From assembly GCF_018977255.1 (NCBI RefSeq), contig NW_024704743.1, forward strand, positions 93,560,001-93,624,000: DNA of 64,000 nucleotides, given 5' to 3'. This document shows, piece by piece, positions 51,021 through 64,000 of the stretch. The notes below the pieces were generated by a model, which saw nothing but the letters and a program-made list of their open reading frames with translations, did no database searches and was not told the origin of the DNA. Position numbers and translations under genes: made by a program. Numbering within the stretch: the first letter of the stretch is position 1; the number at the start of each line of letters is the position of its first letter. The stretch comes from Callorhinchus milii. Taxonomy: Eukaryota.

Positions 51021-52429
51021 ACTTGTCGAGAAGACGTGAAAAGCGATATGTCAAATGCAAAGATTATTATATTACATTATTATAAATGTAATTTTGTTGT
51101 TCTTGCATTGAGTGCTTTTCTGATCATGAGTGCAGAGATGATTCATATGATTTCTAATGATTTGAGTTGGACTGAGTGGAATGTGTCCAGAGTTTGACGA
51201 AGGGGAAGAGAAATGTTGAACTGATTTCTTTGCTGATTTCACGCTAATTTCAGCTATGATTGTGGTTGGTATATCAACTGCTGCTACAACAACCTGCGTT
51301 TATATAAACCCTAACCCTTTACCCCCCTCATGTAGAGTAATGTGAGGTTTACAGCAGTAGGGAGAGGAGTGAAGAAGAGGTAACCATTGGCTTAGGTGAT
51401 GAGGAGGTAGGTTTTAAGGTGAGACTGGAAGACAGAAGTTGGTGGTTGAGAAAGTCTGGCCATTGATGATGCTGGGTTGTGTGGTGAGTCTGAGCAGGAG
51501 ATTAGAAAGTTGCTGGGATGTGAAGTCATGTTTGTAGTTGATGAAGCCCTTACCCTTGTGCAGTTCCTGGAGACTGGTGAGGCAGGTTCCTGAAAAGGCT
51601 TGAGATTTTCAGGCAAAATGGGGGCAGATTTGTAGGGTTGCAGAGAGCAGGTACTGGGTTATGATCAGCTGATCCAAGCTGTCAAATCACCAAGATGCTG
51701 GGCTCTGTGGTGGTAAATATCAGGAGCCAATTGCAGGTGCTGGGAAACCATTAACAGGGCACTCAAGAAATTTCCTCTATAGCCAGCCCCCTTCCCTGTA
51801 CTAGGTGATGGTCATGTGGATTTACAATTTAAGTTGCCAAGTCAGTTTCTGGATGGCCTTAGCATATTTCTACCAACAGCTTTAACTTTTGATTGTTTTT
51901 TACAGACAAGATAAACAGTTCAAGAAAGAGGTTGATATCACATTGAGGTTAATTACACATTAATAATCCCTTCAAAAATAATAATAATTTGGTAACTCAA
52001 TCCACGGGAATGTTTGTGGGACACTGCTGTCCACAATTGGCTGCCGCATTTCGTCCACACAATATAGTCAATTCACTTTACAATATATTCTGTGAAGTAC
52101 TTTGAGATGTCTCGAAGATGTGATACATCAAAATGCAAGAATCATTCTCAAATTATCTCAAATTCAAAACAACTCTGACTTGGGTTTGTTGTTTTTTATT
52201 AAAATTGAATAGAATAATGTTAGAAAACAATTAATAATGGGAAGAAACTCTGAAAAATCTTGCCCATGTAAAATTGTTACTCTGTAAAATCTTGGCTGTG
52301 TATGAAATCTTTGCAGTCAGAGTTTTACATTTCATGTTGAAATCCTAGTTATACTTGTTAAATACAATTCAGTAAGTATTCCAGATTTTCTACTAATAAA
52401 CATGATTAATATAAACCTTAAAAAGGTTT

Positions 52430-54435
52430 ATATCTGGCGGGACCTCCTCAAAATCTACCGCTCCACTCTAGCCTCGGCCAAATCGTCCTTCTACTCCAGG
52501 ATAATCCTGGAGGCGAAGGACAACCCCAGGCTACTGGTATCTACCACATCCCAACTCCTCCGTCCCCCCCGCCACCCCGCGCAGGTCATCTCCTCCAACC
52601 TTCACTGCGAGGAGATGCTGGATTTCCTTGAATCCAAGATCAAGGGAATCCGCTCCGCGGTCACTTCCCCTCCAACATCCACCCACCCCCCACCCCCTCC
52701 CTCCCACACTCCGACTCCTACCCATCCTCCCCTACACACCTTCGTACCCGTTTCCCCACCCTCTGTCACCAAACTCATCCTATCCCTGAAACCTACCACC
52801 TGCTCCCTTGACCCCATCCCCACTCCACTCCTTATCTCCCAGCTCCACCTCCTTGCCCCACATATCACAGACATCGTCAACCTGTCCCTCTCCTCTGGCT
52901 CTATTCCCATTCCCTTAAAAACTGCCACCATCACTCCCACCTTAAAAAAACCCTCCCTTGATGCGTCGCAGCTATCAAGCTACCGGCCCATCTCCAACCT
53001 CCCCTTCCTATCCAAGGTCCTGGAACGAGTTGTCGCCTCCCAGCTGCGCTCTTTCCTCTCCAACTATTCGAACCCCTTCAATCGGGTTTCCGTGCTGCCC
53101 ATAGCACAGAAACTGCCCTGGTCAAGGTCACCAATGACATCCTGACCATCTGTGACCAGGGCTCCCTCTGCCTCCTCGTCCTCCTCGACCTATCGGCAGC
53201 ATTCGATACGGTCGACCATGCTATCCTCCTCCACCGCTTGTCCTCCCACCTCAACCTTCAAGGCCCTGTCCTTGAGTGGTTTAGGTCGTACCTCTCCCAC
53301 CGTCTTCACTTTGTCTCCACAAATGGTTTTTCCTCCGGCCCCCGCACTGTCTCGTGCGGTGTCCCTCAGGGCTCTGTCCTCGGTCCCCTCCTCTTCACCC
53401 TCTATATGCTCCCCCTTGGTGACATCATCCGCAGACATGGGGTTAACTTCCACATGTATGCGGATGACACCCAACTCTACCTTTCCTCCTCTACCCTCAA
53501 CTCCACGACCACCGATGTCCTGACAGCTGCCTGTCCGACATCGAGTCCTGGATGAGACATAACTTTCTCCAGCTCAACGTGCGCAAAACTGAGGCCCTCC
53601 AGATTGGCTCTCGTCAGCGCCTCCGCACCTCAGGCGCTGACAGCATCAGCATCCAAGGCTGCACTCTCCACCTCTCAAAGCCAGTCAGGAACCTCGGGTT
53701 CTGTTCGACCCTGAGCTGTCCTTTCTCCCCCATATCCGCGCCACAACTGGCACCGCCTTCCATCACCTCCGGAATGTCGCCAGACTACGGCACTACCTCA
53801 CCCCTCACGCTGCTGAAACTCTGGTCCACGCCTTTATCACCTCAAGGCTGGACTATGGGAACTCTCTCCTCGCCGGCCTTCCCGGCACCTCCCTCCACAA
53901 GCTGCAGGTCATTCAGAACTCTGCAGCTCGTGTACTGTCCCGCACCAGGCTTCGCGACCACATCACTCCCACCCTCGCTCGCCTCCACTGGCTCCCCATC
54001 CCCCAGAGGATCCAATTCAAGATCCTCATCCTCACCTACAAGGCCATTCACGGCCTTGCTCCCTCCTACCTCTCCGACCTACTATCCCCCTACCTACCTG
54101 CCCGTACCCTCCGTTCCTCTGGCTCCGGTCTGTTCCACATCCCCCGCCCCAACCGCCCTACCATCGATGGCCGGGCCTTCAGCCTCTCAGCCCATCCCCC
54201 TTCGCCTTCGCCGCCTCCTCCCTTTCCTCCTTCAAGGCCGGTCTCAAGACCTTTCTCTTTGACCGTGCCTTCAGCTCCCCTCTCGACTCTCTACCCCCTC
54301 CTCGCTCCCTCCCTTCCCTTCCCTCACCCTGACCATTTCCCCCTTTGCTCGGGTCCTGACCCAACTGTACAGTGCCTTGGGACGTCCTCCCGACGTGAAA
54401 GGCGCTCAATAAATGGAATCTTGTTGTTGTTGTTG
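52430..54435 (+). mobile_element. L2 LINE, 5'-truncated, about 2 kb, frameshifted ORF2 (RT)
   Basis: [52 protein letters not shown]; (TTG)n tail. Highly similar to the 26181 copy. Confidence 0.95.
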
Positions 54436-56834
54436 TAATGTTACTGAGATTAAATCTAGCCTAGCTGCTTGTTCCTTTCAGTTAAATCTACAATAGTATC
54501 TTATAATCTTGCCAGTTTTTTTTAACTGAAACTTATTTTCCCACCATTATATTGTTCTCTTATTTAATATTTTAGTCCTTCCTTTTAGAACTTCCAAAAA
54601 TAAAGGTTTGTGCAATTCTTGACTTCCCTGACTCATCACTGCAGGTAAGGAAATTGAATCTCCAGGATATAATTATACTATTTAACACTGACCTAAGGAT
54701 GCTATTACCATGACTCCACCAGCACAAGAGTATCATGTTCCCGAGACCAAATCTATACTTATCCATGTGACCTTTAATCTGCTCTCAATGAAATCTAGGT
54801 TAGGTTAACATTAACAGATTTTGATACAAGTCTTTCCCCTCAATCTGCTGCTGCAGAGGAAAATAATTCTTCTAATCACCAGTCTTGCTGGCAATCAATT
54901 TAGCTTCATGTCCCCTGGTTTCGCAATTACTGTTTAATAGAGCATCTGTACATCCACCATTGCTATTTTTTTCTTAGGTTATGAGGAATATGTAATTTTA
55001 TATTATTCTCAATAAAATTATATATTACATTAATGTTCATGTTTCCTTTCAAATATTTAATGTCAAGCTATAAAAAGAGACATTTCAGTGTTCCCAAAGG
55101 TTGGTGTAATGATCTAATGACATCTCTAAAGTTCAATATTGTTATCCTCTGCTCATCTAAATTGTTGTATATAAATCAGAGATGGCTTTGTGTGCTTATT
55201 ACTCTTTTATCAGTTACGATGAAACTCCTTTGATATCTTGCAGCCCTGTAACATTCAAACTTTTGAATTTCAGTTGTCACAGTATCCTCTCCACCCTTTA
55301 CTGTTCCCTGTGTCTTTGTAGCTCATTCCACTGAACTGATTGAAGTACAACTTTCAAGAATACCTTTAGCAATAAAACCTATTGTGCAATATTAATCCTT
55401 ACATTTAATACAGCGCCTTTGACGTTGGGAGGGCACCGCAAACTGCTTCACGGGGTTGCCTGTGAAGTGCAATAACTGTGCATTTGTAGATAGGCATGGT
55501 AGAATTTACCCCCATTCTTTGCTTTCTGCCTTTCAGCCATCTCTCAATCCATGTCATATTTTATCTTTGACAAAATGTGTTAATTTTGTTGACCTTTCTC
55601 TTGAGTAGCATCTTATTTGTTACGTTTGCCTTTAGGAGGAGCACCTCACATCTGGGATCAAGCCTCATTTTAAGCTCCCAAACAGGGTTAACTCTCCAGT
55701 ACAGTACTGGGGGAAAACTTTTTGAGGTGTCGTCCTTTGGGATGAGACATTACATTTTTTGGGATGGGCTTTAAAAATCTCATGACACTATTTGAAAAAC
55801 GTTTCTCCAGACTTCCTAGCTGACAATTTGATCTTTTGGATTTCAGCAGTTTGTGGGATCTGATCTCTGCAAATTGGATGCCACATTTGCCTACAAATAC
55901 ACAGCCATTACACCAAACAGCAAATACCTGTAAGTGTTTTGAAATGTTATAGGCGATATATGAAGTGCAAGGATTGGTTATTGGTATTATCAAACACCTT
56001 CAAAAAATCTGTAATACTGATAATAATGATAATAATCTTTGCATTTAACATAGCGTCTTACACGTTGTCCAGACATCTCAAAGTGTTTCACACAGTTCAC
56101 TGTAAAGTTTGGTGATTGTACAGTATTTGCAAATAATAACAATCCTTGCATTTGATATAGCGCCTTATCAAGTCTTTGAGGTCTAGGTCATGTATAAAAT
56201 ATCAACATTTTGCTGATGCTGGGGGAACTCTTGGACATCTCTAATTGCCAAAGAAATCTCTTAAAAGATATATTAAAATCCTATACTTCAGTTGCTTTTT
56301 ACTCTGTGTTTGTACTCATACTTGAGGCCTGGACTATGAGCATCTGAATAGTTAGGGTGCCCTCTAGAGGAATACAACTGGTTACATTAAATTGGACAAA
56401 CAACAGGTATTTAAAATTGCATTTACTCTTCATTGGTTTTACTGACAAGGGACAAATGTGAAGGAGGGAGGAATTGCATTAGATTTGTCAAGGATAAAAT
56501 AAATTGTTCCAAACAACTTTAATGCAAAATAAACTTATTTATTTTAAGACACTGTATAACTCAGCTGGCAGGACAACAGATTAATTCAGCCATGAACTCA
56601 ATTGTCAAAAGCAATACATAAAGAAAGCATTAAAATTCCATTTCAAATATTCAAACATTTAAGACTAATTTTAATTAACAATTTAGTGTTAACTATTTTT
56701 GTGTCTCATGTGAAATTTTAAATAATAACATGATTTAGTTAAACCATGTAGGTCTGCTCTATTCCCTTATTGAATATCTGTCTTACTGAGCTATCTCGTA
56801 TTTCCATTACACTCCTGAGTATCCAGTAGACAGA

Positions 56835-57201
56835 TAATAATAATAATTCTTGCATTTGGTATAGTGCCATATCATGTCTTCAAAATATCTCAAAGCCCTT
56901 CACAGAATATATGGTAAAGTGAACTGACGGTATATTTTGTGGGTGAAACACGGCACCAAATTGCACACAGCAATGTCCCACGAGCAGTTATGATTTTAAG
57001 TGATCAAGTTATTTTTGAAGGAATTATCACCCCCGGAAAAGCAATACGCCAATCGACTAACAACCGGGTTCCTAGTTAATGCTAGGTAAACAGAGTCATG
57101 TGGAGTGAGGAAACTTGCCCAGCATTTCGCTCTGCTGGGAATCGAACCCAGGTCTCTCGCTTGCGAGGTGAGTGCTCTAGCCATTGAGCTACAGGACTCC
57201 A
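56835..57201 (-). mobile_element. Deu SINE, older subfamily, full length
   Basis: Reverse-complement head, core and tail. Confidence 0.88.
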
Positions 57202-58519
57202 TGGAGATCATAGAATCATAGAATTATACAAGAGAGAAGGCCATTCCCACTCCCCCATTCTCTCCCCATAGCCCTACAAACGAGTCTTCCCCGAAGATTT
57301 ATAAAGTACTGTTTGATTTTCAATTCCACTGCTTGGAGTCACAATGATTACCAGTCAACAATTCAATTTTAATCAGGTTTGCTACAAATGCTACAAGATC
57401 CAACCATCAAGCTTTCAGATGTTAATCACTTTAAACATAAAATTAACATCAAAGTTATCAACTAAACAGCTTTAAAGGAAAGAGAGATTCATACCAGCCT
57501 TGCATTCCCGTTGACCATTTTGGCTATTTTTCCCTTACGTACACACTGGACCCTTCACTACCATTCCAAACTGTTTACCGATTGTCCTTATCCACCGTGT
57601 GCCACTTATCCCACCTACATCACCTTGCTTATTACTAAATTGTCTCCCTCAGTCACTTGTCCTCACCCCTCAGCCATTGCTCCCATCCATTCCCAAACTT
57701 CCATGTTTTCTTCTTTGTCGCACTCCATGATTCTTCCCTTACCTGTGTGGCGAGCAGTGGAACTAATTGTTAAAGCCTGGGACTAAAGATGCAGCCAGAA
57801 AAGACCAGCTTATTCTGTTTAGCCAAAATATAAAGCCAGGAACCCAAGACCAGAGGAACTAAAGTCACTTGTAATGAACATAAGAATCAAAATTTTATAA
57901 TCAAGATTGTAATTCTATAAGACAACTTGACACTAGCTAATAAGCATACCTAATTAAACTAAAACATTTGTTTTAATAATTCACCACTGATCCCAATGGC
58001 AGGGTAGCCCTCATCTCCCAAACTTCACAAGCATCTGGGACCCTATCCTGCGTGAGGGGCGCTTTATAAATGCAAGTTGTTATTGCTATTATTGTTGTCA
58101 TTTATTTTCCAGTGACAGGCATCAAAATAATGTACAAACAAGGTACTGTCGTTCCTACTTTGGTAAAACAAATCTTCAAATGGTTTAAATGATGGCACTT
58201 GTCAAGATTTTAGATTAATGTGCTCAATAAATAACAACTCTTGTGAAGCCTGTTTAATCTGAACTGTCCTATAAGCCATACCGTGTTGATTTGAAAATGC
58301 CACGATTTAAGTCAATCAGAGACCACTTTGCGAAAACTCTTGGATGCAGTTCAGACATTATCCAACAGGTGACACTGTTTCACCTTCAGTGAGAATCTTG
58401 ATTGCACTTTCAATTCAGTTCCTATCTTTCTATTCCAATATTAAAATATTCTCCCACCTGACTCATAAATGACTTGTATTTTCTGTCAGGCTGTTACCTC
58501 AGGTCCACTGTGAAATCTT

Positions 58520-58833
58520 GTGGAGTCCTGTAGCTCAGTGGTTAGAGCACTCGCTTTGCAAGTGAGAGACCTGAGTTCAATTCCAGGCAGAGGGCGAAAC
58601 CTTGGGCAAGTTTCCTTACTCCACATACCTAATAATAATCCCTCCAAAAAAAACAATAAATTGGTCATTTTCAATCTATGACCGTTTGTGGGACATTGCT
58701 GTGCGCAATTAGCTGCCGCGTTTGCCCACAAATATGCAGTCAATTCACTTTCCAGTATATTCTGTGAAGCGCTTTGGGACGTCTCAAAGATGTGAAAAGC
58801 GTTATATCAAATGTAAGGATTATTATTATTATT
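58520..58833 (+). mobile_element. Deu SINE with young-type body
   Basis: Head, core, tail and (ATT)n. Confidence 0.9.
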
Positions 58834-58929
58834 GTACTACTACAGCTCAGATAACCTGGAGCGCATGCTCCATGGGGAGGTGGCACACACAGGTGCACAC
58901 ACACCTGTCACTCACCTTAGGCTACATCT

Positions 58930-59510
58930 AATACTGTATCATCTCTCCTCACACAACTACAGGTATCTCTCCTCACACAAGTAGAGGCATTTCTCCTCAT
59001 GCATATTACTGTATTTCTTCTTACAAACACATACACGTAACTATTTTTTCTCAAACACACACACAACTCTCTCTCCTCCCTTATACACATAACACACACA
59101 CACATATTTAACCTTCTTCACATACACAGCTACTGTCAATTTTTCTCGTTTCACATACACACAATAATCTCTCAACGAAAACACAACCACAGAAATAATT
59201 GTCTCTCTCCAAGATAATGTACATAATTGCACTATATTCTCTAGCTCACAAGGACCCAATTATCTATCCCTCGCACAGGGCAGATAATTCACTCTCTCAC
59301 ACAGAGAGATTAATATCTTTCCCTCACACAGGGACTATTATCCATATTCTCACATAGAACTTAATATTGTATAATTTCCCTCAGACACACAGAGCTTAAT
59401 GTTATCGTTCCCAAAAAGTCACAAATATTTCTGTAAACACCCAGTACAGCGACACAGCTACACACACAAATACCAATATCTCTTCCTCACAGACTCAAAG
59501 ACACACACCA
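58930..59510. repeat. Degenerate low-complexity tandem array (TCTC..CTCACACA-type units)
   Basis: Recurring atctctcctcacaca / ctctcacaca / ccctcacaca units. Confidence 0.6.
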
Positions 59511-60600
59511 GAGACAATGGGCCTGACATTCCTGTTTTCTCTAATTATAGCAAAATATACACATGTGTAAACAGTGCCGGAATGAGAGGACATTACGTCA
59601 ACAGATGAATTGTCTGCGTATAGTGCTACCCTCAGCATTCCTGCTCTTCAGAAAGTACAGTTAAAATCGTCAATGAAAAGAAGGAAAAGATTATTGCAGA
59701 GATTTAAACATTGTTAAAGGACATTGAAGAAGAACTCTTTCAACATTAAACAGGGGAGAATGTACATTGAACTGAGAATATTTTACACAAAGTCGGTACT
59801 GAGGTTTGTAAAGAAGGGGAAATAGCATCAACAGAAGAGAATAGGACAGAGTGATTTTCTGCTCTAAATAAGACTTTTAGAGGCCACTGGTATCAGTTGG
59901 CCGAGGGGTGTTGGGTGACTAATTGCTGACCATGTCCAAACCATGTAAGGCAACAATAAACTAGGCAAACAAGGTACCAGGCTACATTACCAGATCAGTT
60001 CAGTTCAGATTCCCAGTATTCATGTTCAAGCTGTGCACTGTGCTTGGCAGACCACACACCCAACATACACCTGTACTGCAAACATTACTGATGCTTGTTA
60101 TATAAGGGCGTCTCCCAGGCTCCCTTAAGTAATGTCAGTAGAGAGCAGTGAAGCTGATCTCGTGTTAGTGGGATTAGCTATGCAGAATGTCATAAACTAG
60201 ACACCATTTAACTCAAACAAGACATTTCAATGCGAAAAGTATACTTACATTTGACCTAGCTCTTTTCACATCAGGAGGATGTCTCAAAGCATTTTACAGG
60301 ATATACCGTAAAGTTATTTATAGACAAGCATAACTACCAGCAGCATAGCAAAGCAATGACCCATGAAGTGAATGATTAATTTTATTTAGGGGATTGTTGG
60401 CCAGAGCACCAGGAGAAACTCTATTCACTTTTTGAATGTACAATACAATACTGAATAGTGCCATATGATCTTTAACATCCACCTGACCAGGCAGGACCTC
60501 GGTTTAACATCTCATCCAAAACATGGCACTCTGACAATGCAGCACTCCCCCAGCCAGCACTGCAATAACGTGTCAGTCCAAACACGGGACATGAATCCAC

Positions 60601-60631
<31 letters not shown>

Positions 60632-62072
60632 AACTTAGCCGTGCTGTCACACAAGGTATTATATATTACTTGCTAAATAGGCAAGCAAAAGTAAATCCAG
60701 AATAATACTTTCAGATGTGCCAAAGCAGCAGAACAAGAGGTCACCAGTTCAGCATTGTGAAGGGCAATTATAGGATAGATGCAAGGAAGTCTTTCTTTAC
60801 ACGGAAAATAGTTAACATCTGGAATGGGTTATCAGCTTGATGCTGTAATGGGAAGTTGGTAGGTTGGAATTCTGGAAGGATGAAATTAAATTAGTCTTCA
60901 TCTGAACCTTTTTGTGATATCTTATGATCTCGATAACAGTGCATAGGATGCAGATGTCTTGCAGTGGGCAATATCCCAGGCAACGAATCTAACAAAATGA
61001 AATAATAAGATACCTGAACATGACATAGGAGCAATGATTGAGCAGGCAGAGGTCCACCACAGAGATTGTGATTATGAGTGCCATCTAGTCGATGAAGAAT
61101 TGCAGGGACTGTCAACCAGTCCATTCATTCCAAAGAAAAATTGAAAATCAGAAAATTATAACTTGGCATCCCTATTTTTTCCTTCACACAGCATGATTTT
61201 AATTTTACCAACTGACTGCAGCTGTCCCATTTGATGTACACCAGTTGCAGAAACCATTTCCTCAAACTATCAACTTGAGATTCTGTCTGCCAGGTCAGGT
61301 GAATGTTAAGGATTGCATGTCATTATTCAAAAAATGAAGGGAATTCTCTTACTGTCCTGGCCAACAATTTCCTAGATAAGAATTGGTCATCCAATTTATG
61401 GCTATTTGTCAGACACTGCTGTGCACAAAATTGGCTGTCATATTCGCCAACAAATACATAGTCATTACAGTTTACAATAAAAATTCTTTGATGCGCTTTC
61501 AGACGTCTTAACAATGTGGTAAGGCACTATATAAGATGCAAAGATTATCACAATAACTGATCTGTGAATATAGAAGAGGTCATCTACAAGCTTCTGAAGT
61601 CCACTGATCATGACTGAGAATAGACACCAGTCGTGAATGCCTCATGAAAGTTTGAGTCTCATATCCATAGCAGCAGTACTTCAAAGAGGTGGGGTACTTA
61701 AACGTGATGCTCCTATTTTGTTTATGGCTTGTATAAGTAAAGTCTCCACTGTAGGATCCACCTTTGTTACTGTGTCCTGAATGGTAGCCCATAGTGTCAT
61801 AAAGGCATCCAGTCTACCATTTAATGAATCAATTGGGCAATGACACAGCATATAAGTTCTGAAATTCTGCTATCTGCCCAATGTACCTTCGAATATATTC
61901 CAAATTGAGACAAATGACTCCTCAACACAACCCTCCACATTATCTGGCAATAATGTGTTCTTCTAAGACAAAGTAGACAGAACTGGTACAAAATTACACT
62001 GGTAACACTTCTCCCTCATATACACACACAGATGCTCTAACATTATTGGTCCATCAAACACTGACACCAATT

Positions 62073-62378
62073 CAGGGGCGGATTATGCATGAAGGCCCCA
62101 ACCAAAAATGGTGGTGCGGCAAGTCCAGGCTGTCCCAATGTGGGAGAAACTGCCCTATTCCCAAATGGGGGGCAGTGTGGAGCAGGTGCGGACTCAGTGC
62201 ATGCTCTCCCCTGGTGCATAGTGGGAAGGGACTAGAGAGTGTTTTTCCGGAAAACTGACAGCGAGCACTAGATGCGGGGCCTGACCCCAGCACCGGCACT
62301 GTGCAGACGGGCTCTGGCACTGTGCACAAGGGCCCTGGCACTGTGCAGAGGGGCCCAAGAATGTTTAACCTGGTTCTG
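62073..62378. mobile_element. Non-autonomous hAT-like MITE (306 bp)
   Basis: Imperfect TIRs CAGGGGCGGATTA..GGCCCC and GGGCCC..TAACCTGGTTCTG; flanking 8-mers CACCAATT (62065-72) and CACCAGTG (62379-86); internal 3x GGCACTGTGCA repeat. Confidence 0.65.
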
Positions 62379-63124
62379 CACCAGTGCACATTGATATATA
62401 GAATACTCCATAATTAACTAATATTTTCTGCCTTCATATACACACTGAAACGTATGAATACCGTATATTGGAAACAGGATGAAGAAATATCAAAGCCCTG
62501 ACTTCAATCATTTTGTGGTGATCCCTAATCAGCTCATGTGATAAAATAGGACAGCAAAAAAATGACATGGAGGGATCAATTAATTTCATGGACATCAATC
62601 GCCAACAAAATACAGGCAATTTCCTTTATAGTATATTGTGGAGAAGGAAATTTCTTCCATTGTTGCAACAATTCCCCAAATAAAATTGGTTGTTCACTTC
62701 ATAGCTGTTTGTGGAACATTCTAGGTGCAAATCAGCTGCTGTGTTTCACCCTAAATATACACAACCCTTTCATTTTACAGCATATCCCTTGGAGCGCTTT
62801 TAGATGCTGTATCAAATGCGAGGATTATTACTACTATCCCCTGCATAAAAGGTGCATACTTGAATAGAACTCAGTTTTTCTCGGGGCAGCCAATTGAACA
62901 TACCAGTGCCCCACAAACAATCGTGGGTTGAGCGTCCAATTTCTGTAAAAGGGATTCTTAACCTCTGAAAAGTGACCCCCCAACTGACTAACAATCTGGT
63001 TCCTACTCACTGCTGAGCTGAGTAAATAAACCCTGGTGTGTGGGGTAAAGGAATTGCCTGAGGTGTGGCCTTACCCGGGAGGGAGCGCCTTGCCATGCCT
63101 TGCCATGCCTTGCCTTGCCTGCAG

Positions 63125-63285
63125 TCAGGGGACATGGCCAGCAGGGCGCGGTAGCAGTAAGTCAGGACTGCAGCACTGTTCAGCCACTCGCCAACACTTG
63201 ACGTGAAGTTGTTTGAAGTTGATGGCAACTCCGCGCTTTAATCCTCGTCCCTCCTTCCCCTTGAACTGCTCCGCGTGTACTGTAC
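63125..63285 (-). CDS. Possible terminal coding exon of an unidentified minus-strand gene entering from the right
   Basis: CpG-rich. After gtcag| it reads (G)TVHAEQFKGKEGRGLKRGVAINFKQLHVKCWRVAEQCCSPDLLLPRPAGHVP* with coding-like codon use. No family recognised. Confidence 0.3.
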
Positions 63286-63326
63286 CTGACATCAGGCCGG
63301 AGTTATGTGCCCAGACAGGTGCGCGC

Positions 63327-64000
63327 AGCCCCAGCCACAGCCCCAGCCCAGCCCCCAACCCCAGCCCAGCGCCAGCCCAGCCCACAGCCCCAGCCCTCAG
63401 CCCAGGCTCAGCCCCAGCCCAGCCCCCGCCCGCCAGCCCCAGCCCAGCCCCCAGCCCCAGCCCAGCCTCAGCCTCAGCCCAGCCCCTGCCCCCTAGCACC
63501 AGCCCCAGCCCAGCGCCAGCCCCAGGAAAGCCCCCAGACCAGCCTAGCCCCAGCCCCAGCCTCAGCCCTGCCCCAGCCCCAGCCCACAGCCCCAGCTCCT
63601 GCACGCCAGCCCCAGCCCAGCCCCTGCCCGCTAGCCCCAGCCCAGCCCCCACCCCCCAGCCCCAGCCCAGCGCCAGCCCACAGCCCAGCCCCAGCCCCAG
63701 CCCAGCCTCAGCCCCCGCCCGCCAGCCCCTGCCCAGCCCTGCCCTCCCTGCCCAGCCCAGCACTGCCCTGCCCCAGCCCTGCCCTGCCCTGCCCCACCCC
63801 TGCCCTGCCCCAGCCCAGCCCAGCCCTGCCCAGCCCCAGCCCTGCCTTGCCCTGCCCTGCCCAGCCCCAGCCCCAGCCCAGCCCTGCCCTGCCCTGCCCA
63901 GCCCTACCCTACCCTGCCCTGCCCAGCCCAGCCCAGCCCCAGCCCTGCCCTGCCCTGCCCAGCCCTGCCCTCCCTGCCCAGCCCTAGCCCTGCCCTGCCC
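63327..64000. repeat. C-rich (CCCAG/CCCAGC/CCCTG)n simple-repeat tract running off the window end
   Basis: Directly visible; shifts from CAGCCC units to CTGCCC units. Confidence 0.95.

Noticed and set aside
58260..62620. Short coding-looking minus-strand stretches (about 58.3, 61.0, 61.7 and 62.5 kb)
   Set aside because: Stops in all frames, no consistent splice phases and no recognisable family. They could be decayed coding or TE sequence, but that needs a translated search.
63125..63987. Long Pro/Ala/Gln-rich and Gly/Leu/Ala-rich ORFs (226 and 212 aa)
   Set aside because: They are translations of a stop-free simple repeat.

Overview
Vertebrate genomic DNA, most likely from a cartilaginous fish (inferred from the Deu-domain tRNA-Ala SINEs, L2 LINEs and shark-type CR1 LINEs). 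The ORF track is mostly noise because the real genes are spliced. Three + strand genes can be built by hand from GT-AG exons. (1) The last three exons of a si:ch211-161h7.5-type multi-pass membrane protein (529-4230) carry two TGA stops at normally Trp positions and are probably pseudogenised. (2) A complete 8-coding-exon SH3-SH2-tyrosine kinase of the FRK/PTK6/SRMS family (20511-33006, about 552 aa). (3) PPDPFL (45401-47583, 83 aa), with a TATA promoter. A possible minus-strand exon sits beside a (CCCAG/CCCTG)n tract at the right edge. The kinase is the most interesting item. It keeps the catalytic residues but has HLD instead of HRD, no activation-loop tyrosine and a degenerate SH3 ligand surface. 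It also lies next to PPDPFL, mirroring the human PPDPF-PTK6-SRMS cluster, which suggests a fourth family paralogue that mammals lack and that is regulated differently. The rest is SINE/LINE-rich intergenic and intronic DNA, with a candidate Helitron and a hAT MITE. Comparisons to human proteins, exon sizes and synteny are from memory and need database confirmation.
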